DNA from: Acidothermus cellulolyticus 11B
GTDB taxonomy: Bacteria > Actinomycetota > Actinomycetes > Acidothermales > Acidothermaceae
Direction: 5' to 3'
DNA length: 32,000 bases
Assembly: GCF_000015025.1 (NCBI RefSeq)
Contig: NC_008578.1
Span: 450,001 to 482,000 of the forward strand
Shown one piece after another: positions 1-6,065 of the stretch (position 1 is its first letter; every line of letters begins with the position of its first letter). The notes below the pieces were generated by a model. That model was not told the DNA's origin, searched no databases, and saw only the letters and a list, made by a program, of their open reading frames with translations. Position numbers and translations under genes: made by a program.

Positions 1-2355
1 CCCTCCGCGCTTGCCGGGATCGTCGCAACCGTTGCGGGCAGCCTGATCGCAACGGTTGGTCATCCGGCGACCGCGCATGCCGCGACGCCGCAGCGGCAAG
101 CCTCTGGTTGGATCACCTATTGGCAGACCGGTTCGACGACCCAGGTCGCCAACAACGGGGATCTTTTCTCGGACGTGTCCGTCTTCTGGTTTCACGCGGC
201 CAGTGCCACGTCGATCGTGCCGTCGGGAAGTACGCCGGACAGCGTGCTGCAATCCACGATCGCTGCTGTACGGTCCCGCGGCGTGCCGGTGACGATTACT
301 GTGACGGACGGCACCGGCAGCGGTGTGATGGCCTCGATTCTCTCCAATCCGACGACCCGCACGCAGCACGAGCAAGCGCTGCTGGCGCTCGCCACACGTT
401 ATGGGGCGAGCGGTATTGACCTGGACTACGAAAACATGGCGGTGTACGCCAACTCCAATCCGGCGCTCGTGCAACCGACCCGGACGGGTTTCGATGCGCT
501 GGTGCAGGAGCTGTCGACGTTGCTGCACCAGCACGGGATGATTCTTGCCGTTGATGTCATGTCGAAGACCAGCGAACCGGGCGCGACCCCGGCCGGCCAG
601 GTGTACGACTACCCGACAATCGGCCGGTGGGCGGACCGGGTGCGCATCATGACCTACGACCAGCATTCCGCCGGTTCGGCGTACCCGGGCGGGCCGATCA
701 GCTCGATCTCCTGGGTGCAGACCATCTTGAATTTCGCGGTCACCGTCATCCCGCCGCGGAAGATTTTCATGGGGGTGCCGCTGTATGGCTACGACTGGGC
801 CAGTACCGGCGGCCGGGCGAAGGCCGTCACCTACCCGCAGGTGGTGAACCTGGTCGCTCAGTATCACGCGACGCCGCGGTGGTCAGCGCCGGACGGGGAA
901 CCGTATGTCACGTACACGGACGCCAGCGGTGTCCAGCATTCGGTCTGGTACAACGACGCCAATGCGTTGCAGGCGCGGCTTCCGCTGGTCGGCAAGTACG
1001 GGCTCGGCGGGGTTGCCTTCTGGTCGTTCGGCGATGAAGATCCCGGCATCTGGTCGATACTTCGTGCCGCGACATATGGGCCGAATCCGTTCGGCAATTT
1101 CGAACAGGCAGTGCTCTGGCCGGGTGGGGTGCGGTTGACCGGCTGGGCGATCGACCCGAACACGGCGTCGTCCATCAACGTCGACGTGTACGTCGACCGC
1201 GTGATGGTGCAACGCGTTCTGGCGTCTGGAAACAGGCCGGACGTCGGCACCTTCTACTACGTGTACGGCAGCGCGCACGGTTTCGACACGGTGATCCCGC
1301 TGCACGCCGGGACGTACACGATCTGCGTGTATGGCATCAATGTCGGGCTGGGGGATACGAATTCGCAGCTCGGCTGCCGGACGGTGACGATGCCCACGAA
1401 CAATCCGGTTGGCAATTTCGAAGCCGCCGGCGGTGCGTACGGCGTCCTCACCGTCTCCGGTTGGACGCTCGACCCGGACACCGCTGACCCGATTTTCGCC
1501 CACGTATATGTCGACGGACAGTTGCGTACGATCACCCTGGCGAACGGGAACCGGCCGGACGTCGCCGCTGCGTTTCCCGGATGGGGCGCGGCCCACGGAT
1601 TTTCCGCGTCGGTGACCGTGACCGGCGGCACGCACACGGTCTGTGTGTACGGCATCAACGTCGGCTTCGGAACGGTGAATCCGCAGCTGGGGTGCAAGAC
1701 CGTATCGGTGAGTTCCGGCAATCCGGTCGGCAATTTTGAGTCCGTCACCGGCGGGTTGGGGACGCTCACCGTAAGTGGCTGGACGATTGATCCGAATACA
1801 CCGGCGCCGATCGACGTGCACGTGTATGTCGACGGCCGATTCGCCGGCAGCGGAACCGCGAACGCGAATCGGCCGGACGTCGGAGCGGCGTTCCCGTCGT
1901 ACGGTCCGGATCACGGTTTTGCGGTCACCGTGGGTGCGCCGAGCGGAACCCATACGGTCTGTGTGTACGCCATCAATGTCGGCCCGGGTGAAGCGAATCC
2001 GCCATTGGGATGCCGGCAGGTGTCTGTCGCCAACGCCAATCCCATCGGCCACCTGGACACCGTGACTCGCAACGGCAACCAGTTCGTCGCCCAGGGTTGG
2101 GCGATTGACCCGAACACCGCCGATCCGATCGACGTCGTCGTGTATTACCTGGGCGGTTCCAGCCCGGCGGCCACCGGAACCGCCGACCTGCCCCGGCCCG
2201 ATGTGGCCGCGGTTTTCCCGGCGTACGGGCCAAATCACGGTTTCGCCATCGACGTACCGGCGCAACCGGGCGGCGGCGTGCTGTGCGCCTTCGGGTTGAA
2301 CGTGGGACCCGGTGACGCGAACGGCTTCCTCGGCTGCCTTTCCGTGCCGCAGTGA
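1..2355 (+). CDS. Secreted glycosyl hydrolase family 18 protein (YaaH/CFLE-like chitinase fold) with four C-terminal tandem repeat domains. The 5' end is cut by the window edge.
   Basis: Frame 1 is open from nt 1. The residues before the listed Met at 175 read ALAGIVATVAGSLIATVGHPATAHA, which looks like a signal-peptide h-region plus an AxA site, so the true start lies upstream of the window. The GH18 catalytic motif SGIDLDYE is at 412-432. MTYDQHS and GGVAFWSFGDED motifs are typical of GH18. Stop codon is at 2353-2355. Confidence 0.85.
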   Translation, partial: PSALAGIVATVAGSLIATVGHPATAHAATPQRQASGWITYWQTGSTTQVANNGDLFSDVSVFWFHAASATSIVPSGSTPDSVLQSTIAAVRSRGVPVTITVTDGTGSGVMASILSNPTTRTQHEQALLALATRYGASGIDLDYENMAVYANSNPALVQPTRTGFDALVQELSTLLHQHGMILAVDVMSKTSEPGATPAGQVYDYPTIGRWADRVRIMTYDQHSAGSAYPGGPISSISWVQTILNFAVTVIPPRKIFMGVPLYGYDWASTGGRAKAVTYPQVVNLVAQYHATPRWSAPDGEPYVTYTDASGVQHSVWYNDANALQARLPLVGKYGLGGVAFWSFGDEDPGIWSILRAATYGPNPFGNFEQAVLWPGGVRLTGWAIDPNTASSINVDVYVDRVMVQRVLASGNRPDVGTFYYVYGSAHGFDTVIPLHAGTYTICVYGINVGLGDTNSQLGCRTVTMPTNNPVGNFEAAGGAYGVLTVSGWTLDPDTADPIFAHVYVDGQLRTITLANGNRPDVAAAFPGWGAAHGFSASVTVTGGTHTVCVYGINVGFGTVNPQLGCKTVSVSSGNPVGNFESVTGGLGTLTVSGWTIDPNTPAPIDVHVYVDGRFAGSGTANANRPDVGAAFPSYGPDHGFAVTVGAPSGTHTVCVYAINVGPGEANPPLGCRQVSVANANPIGHLDTVTRNGNQFVAQGWAIDPNTADPIDVVVYYLGGSSPAATGTADLPRPDVAAVFPAYGPNHGFAIDVPAQPGGGVLCAFGLNVGPGDANGFLGCLSVPQ
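1084..2352 (+). repeat. Four in-frame tandem coding repeats of about 318-328 nt (about 106 aa) forming the C-terminal half of the GH18 protein
   Basis: Units start at 1084, 1402, 1720 and 2048. Each carries NP(V/I/F)GNFE, GW(A/T)(I/L)DP(N/D)T, a (Y)VD(G/R) strand, NRPDV, HGF, GTHTVCVYGINVG and LGC, giving two conserved Cys per unit. The fourth unit is the most diverged. Confidence 0.85.
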
Positions 2356-2475
2356 CACCTGTCACGACGACGGCAGCGACGTGCCGCACCGGCTTGCCGA
2401 GCGCGGAGTTTGCCGGCAGGGTGGATGACGCAGAAGTGCACGGCACCGGCGGGCTGACATGACACGGGAGGGACG

Positions 2476-3378
2476 GTGGTCGACGAGAAGGCCGCCCGGC
2501 CTCGGGTTCTGGTGGGCCGGATCCGGAGTGCGTATGACCGGCTTCCGGCGGGTGTGCGGATTTTCGGCGGTGCGGTTCGTGAGTTCAGCGACCATCGGTG
2601 CACCCTGCTCGCGGCAGCGCTGGCGTATCACGTGCTTTTCTCGTTCTTTCCACTCGCCCTGGTGGCGGTGGGAATCGTCGGCTTGGTCAGTAGTGACCCT
2701 GCGGTGCGGAACGAGGTGGCCACTCGGATCGTCGGCATCGTGCCGCTGAACACCGCCGGCCGGGATCAATTGGCGAATCTGTTGACCTCCATCGCCGGCG
2801 CCCGCGGCGCGATCGGGTTTGTCGGTCTGGCGGGTTTGTGGTGGTCGGCCAGCGGTGTGATGGGCGCGCTCCGGGGCGGGCTGAATCAGGCGTTCGACGT
2901 GACGGCCAAACGTCGATTCTGGCGAGCGAAATTCCTGGACCTGGTCTTGGTGCTCGGGGCCGTGGTCGTGGTCGGTGTGTCGTTCGGGGTGACGATTCTG
3001 GTCGGCATTTTCCAGCACATTGCGCATCGCTTGCCGGGTGTGCTTGCGGACGCGGGTAGCTGGTTGGTCGATACCGGCGGCCTTGGCATCGCCTTGCTGT
3101 TCATCTTCACGATGTGTCTGTTGCTCTACCGCTACGTACCGGTTCAGTCGTCGCGGATCGTGGATCTGTGGCCCGGCGCGCTGGTCGCCGCCGTCGGTCT
3201 GGAGGCGCTGCAGTACGGGTTTGCTTTCTATCTCTCGAACTTCGGTCACTACAACCGGGTGTACGGGACGCTCGGCGGAATCGTCGCGTTCCTCTTCTTC
3301 GTGTACGTCGCCGGTGCGGTGTTCTTCTTCGGCGCGGAGGTTGCCGACGGGTACGCCCGCTACCGGCTCCGGCGGTAG
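2476..3378 (+). CDS. YihY/BrkB (virulence factor BrkB / RNase BN-like) family inner membrane protein
   Basis: GTG start is preceded by GGGAGGGA. The N-terminal signature LAAALAYHVLFSFFPLALV is followed by multiple hydrophobic helices and a C-terminal FFFGAEV motif typical of the family. Confidence 0.8.
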   Translation: MVDEKAARPRVLVGRIRSAYDRLPAGVRIFGGAVREFSDHRCTLLAAALAYHVLFSFFPLALVAVGIVGLVSSDPAVRNEVATRIVGIVPLNTAGRDQLANLLTSIAGARGAIGFVGLAGLWWSASGVMGALRGGLNQAFDVTAKRRFWRAKFLDLVLVLGAVVVVGVSFGVTILVGIFQHIAHRLPGVLADAGSWLVDTGGLGIALLFIFTMCLLLYRYVPVQSSRIVDLWPGALVAAVGLEALQYGFAFYLSNFGHYNRVYGTLGGIVAFLFFVYVAGAVFFFGAEVADGYARYRLRR

Positions 3379-3422
3379 GCGGCATTCCACGTCGCCGACG
3401 TCGTCCACTGCACCGGTGGTGC

Positions 3423-4589
3423 CTACGGCCGCGCTTCCCGCGGAGGGCGGAGTGCGCGGACGTGCCGGCGTTTGCGCAGCAGGGCCGGCAGGGCGGTGAG
3501 GACGCCGGCCGCCACCCGCAGGCGGAGCCGGACGGAGAAATTCGGCGTCGCGGGGACGGACATTCCGATGAGCCTCCGGAGCGGCAGCAGCAAAGTAATC
3601 GCAAGGAACCGGAGAAATTCCCAGCCTGCCCGCCATATCGGGGCGCAGGTGATGAGCATCCACAGTCGATTCCGCTCGTTGTAGAAGGCGAACATCGGCG
3701 AGCGGGGGTCGGTTGAGGCGGCGTGCTCGTGCCGTACCACCGCCTCGGGCACGTAACGGATCGCCCAACCGGCTCGACGCAGCCGCCACGACAGCTCGGT
3801 GTCCTCGTAGTACAAGAAGAAATCCGGGTCGAACGATCCGACGGCACGTGCGGCGGAGACGCGGATCGCGGCCGCCGTCCCCGAAAATGCCGGCACGTCA
3901 CGGTCGGTGTCGTACCGCCCGTCGTCCGGTTCACCGAATCCGCGGTCCCGGCCGTAACCGTCCGGGCCGATGAGCACGCCGGTGTTGTTGAGCAGGCCGC
4001 TGTCCGCGAAGACGACTTTGCTGGTGGTCGCCGCAATTCGCTCGCCGCCGGGTTCGGCGAACGGCCGCATCAACGCGGCGAGCCAGCCGGGAGCAACGAC
4101 GGTGTCCTGGTTCAGCACGACGACGAACGGGGTTTGCGCGTGGCGTATCGCGAAATCGGCGGCGCCGGCGAATCCCCGGTTGGTGTCGAGGCAGACCAGC
4201 CGGGGTTGCAGCGGATGGGCTGCGGCCAGCGCGGTGGTGTTGTCGGTCGAGGCGTTGTCGATGACCCAGATCTCCGGCTCGATCTGCCGGCCGCGGTTGT
4301 CGGTGACCCGTTGGGATGCGAGGGCGTCCAGGCAGCGGTCGATGAACCGGGCGCCGTTCCACGTGATCACAGCGATGGTGACCCTCGGCACTTCGGCCGG
4401 ACTGGGCGATTCGCCCGCCCCGGGGACGGTGTCCGGCCGAGCGACGGTGTCCCGGTTGGCCGAATCGCCCGGCTTAGGGACGCCGTCCGGTGCGGGCGCT
4501 CCGGCCGATTCGGGCTGGGTCATGGCGGCATCATCCCTGAGGTCCGTGATTGCCGGCAGCGGCGGAGGTGCTCCGGCCCCGACCGGCAC
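3423..4589 (-). CDS. Family 2 glycosyltransferase (WbbL/GlfT-like, rhamnosyl/galactofuranosyl-transferase type) with a C-terminal hydrophobic tail
   Basis: GT2 motifs are VTIAVITWNG, VIDNASTDNT, NRGFAGA, LNQDTVV and FFLYYEDTELSWRLRRAGW. The N-terminus is low complexity and Pro/Ala rich. The start is uncertain; an alternative ATG at 4523 gives MTQPESAG. Confidence 0.85.
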   Translation of the reverse strand: MPVGAGAPPPLPAITDLRDDAAMTQPESAGAPAPDGVPKPGDSANRDTVARPDTVPGAGESPSPAEVPRVTIAVITWNGARFIDRCLDALASQRVTDNRGRQIEPEIWVIDNASTDNTTALAAAHPLQPRLVCLDTNRGFAGAADFAIRHAQTPFVVVLNQDTVVAPGWLAALMRPFAEPGGERIAATTSKVVFADSGLLNNTGVLIGPDGYGRDRGFGEPDDGRYDTDRDVPAFSGTAAAIRVSAARAVGSFDPDFFLYYEDTELSWRLRRAGWAIRYVPEAVVRHEHAASTDPRSPMFAFYNERNRLWMLITCAPIWRAGWEFLRFLAITLLLPLRRLIGMSVPATPNFSVRLRLRVAAGVLTALPALLRKRRHVRALRPPREARP

Positions 4590-4604
4590 CTTCGCGACCC
4601 CCCA

Positions 4605-4700
4605 GCCCGACCCCGCTCCGGCCCATCCCGGCCCGCCCCGCTCCGACCCCCCGGGCCCGGCCCCGCTCCGACCCCCCGGGCCCGGCCCCGCTCCGGCCCG
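4605..4700. repeat. GC-rich imperfect tandem repeat (25-nt unit CCCCGCTCCGACCCCCCGGGCCCGG, about 2.5-3.5 copies) in a divergent intergenic region
   Basis: Two exact units lie at 4635-4659 and 4660-4684. Degenerate copies (CCCCGCTCCGGCCC) flank them at about 4610 and 4685. The repeat lies between the divergently transcribed GT2 (minus) and GT4 (plus) genes. Confidence 0.75.
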
Positions 4701-4822
4701 TTCTGGCGCGGCGCGGCCGCGCCGCCTGTCCGGACGACCAGGCGTAAGCTACGTCACAGTGCTGGTCGCACTCCAAGGTTGTCGTCAGACCAGCGGATCG
4801 TGACTGTCGAGGTGAAACGACC

Positions 4823-5953
4823 GTGGCGCCGAGAGTGCTCATCGACGCCACCGCTGTTCCCGCTGACCGGGGTGGTCTCGGGCGGTATGTCGACGGTTTG
4901 CTCGCCGCGCTCGGCGCGCTCGGCGCGGACGTCGCCGTCGTCTGCCAGCGGGTGGACGCCGAGCGGTACGGCCGGATGCTGCCCAATGCGCAGATCGTCG
5001 CCGGGCCGGCGTCGTTGGCGAATCGCACCGCGCGGCTGGCCTGGGAGCAGACCGGCCTCCCGCTGATCGCCGAACATGTCGGGGCACGGGTGCTGCACAC
5101 CCCGAATTACTCCGTGCCGCTGCACTCCCCGGTGCCGGTGGTGACGACCATCCACGACGCGACGTTCTTCAGCGAACCGGAGTTGTACCCGGCGGCCCGG
5201 GGTGCGTTTTACCGGGCGGCGATTCGGTCGGCGGTCCGGCGGGCGTCCCGGTGCATCGTGCCGTCGAAGGCGACCCGCGAGGAGTTGGTCCGCCTCCTCG
5301 AAGCCGACCCGACCCGGATCGACGTCGCGTATCACGGTGTTGACCACGCGATTTTCCACCCGCCGAGCGACGCGGAGCGGGCGCACATTTTCGCCCGGCT
5401 GGGGCTGCGCGACCAGCAGTATGTGGCGTTTCTCGGCGCGTTCGAGCCGCGGAAGAATGTGCCGAGCCTGGTCCGCGGCTGGGTGCAGGCGGTCAAGGAC
5501 ATGGAGAAGCCCCCGGCGCTCGTCATCGCCGGCGGCGCGGGCTGGGACGACGACATCGACGCCGCGATCGCCGAGGTGCCGGCGCACCTGCGGGTGATCC
5601 GGCCGGGATATTTGCGCATCGCCGATCTCGCCGGCTATTTGGGCAGTGCGGAGGTGGTGGCTTTTCCCAGCCACGGCGAAGGGTTCGGTCTACCGGTGTT
5701 GGAGGCGATGGCCTGCGGCGCTGCGGTGCTGACGACGTACCGGCTCTCGCTGCCGGAGGTCGGCGGTGACGCCGTGGCGTACACCGAGCCGGACGCCGTG
5801 TCGATCGGCCGGGCGCTTGCGGCTCTGCTCGCCGACCCGGATCGTCGCCGCGCGCTCGGCGAGGCCGCGTATCGCCGGTCGTTGGAGTTCAGTTGGACGG
5901 CGAGCGCGGAGGCGCATCTGGCGAGCTATGAGCGGGCCGCAGGGGAGGCGTGA
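4823..5953 (+). CDS. Family 4 (GT-B, GT1-type) glycosyltransferase, mannosyltransferase-like
   Basis: GTG start. The N-terminus is VLIDATAVPADRGGLGRYV. The C-terminal domain carries the FPSHGEGFGLPVLEAMACGAAVLTT signature (E-x7-E region) of GT4 enzymes. Confidence 0.85.
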   Translation: MAPRVLIDATAVPADRGGLGRYVDGLLAALGALGADVAVVCQRVDAERYGRMLPNAQIVAGPASLANRTARLAWEQTGLPLIAEHVGARVLHTPNYSVPLHSPVPVVTTIHDATFFSEPELYPAARGAFYRAAIRSAVRRASRCIVPSKATREELVRLLEADPTRIDVAYHGVDHAIFHPPSDAERAHIFARLGLRDQQYVAFLGAFEPRKNVPSLVRGWVQAVKDMEKPPALVIAGGAGWDDDIDAAIAEVPAHLRVIRPGYLRIADLAGYLGSAEVVAFPSHGEGFGLPVLEAMACGAAVLTTYRLSLPEVGGDAVAYTEPDAVSIGRALAALLADPDRRRALGEAAYRRSLEFSWTASAEAHLASYERAAGEA

Positions 5954-6065
5954 CCTCATAGCCGAGTTCGCGCAAGGCCTCCGCGGCGGCGGCCGGGAAG
6001 TCGCGTGCCTGCCGGCGTGGGACTTTCCCGGCGGGCCGGGACACGGGGACCGCTAGGCTGCGCCC

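Noticed and set aside
883-2358. A 491-aa ORF antisense to the GH18 gene, plus other overlapping ORFs at 864-1250, 1257-1769 and 1973-2446
   Set aside because: It is Arg/Gly/Pro/His-rich with no recognisable motifs and lies fully inside a strongly supported plus-strand gene. This is the typical long spurious ORF of high-GC DNA.
2362-3789. A 475-aa minus-strand ORF spanning the YihY gene and the end of the GT2 gene
   Set aside because: Its composition is low complexity and Arg/Pro rich. It overlaps two well-supported genes in other frames. It shows no domain signature.
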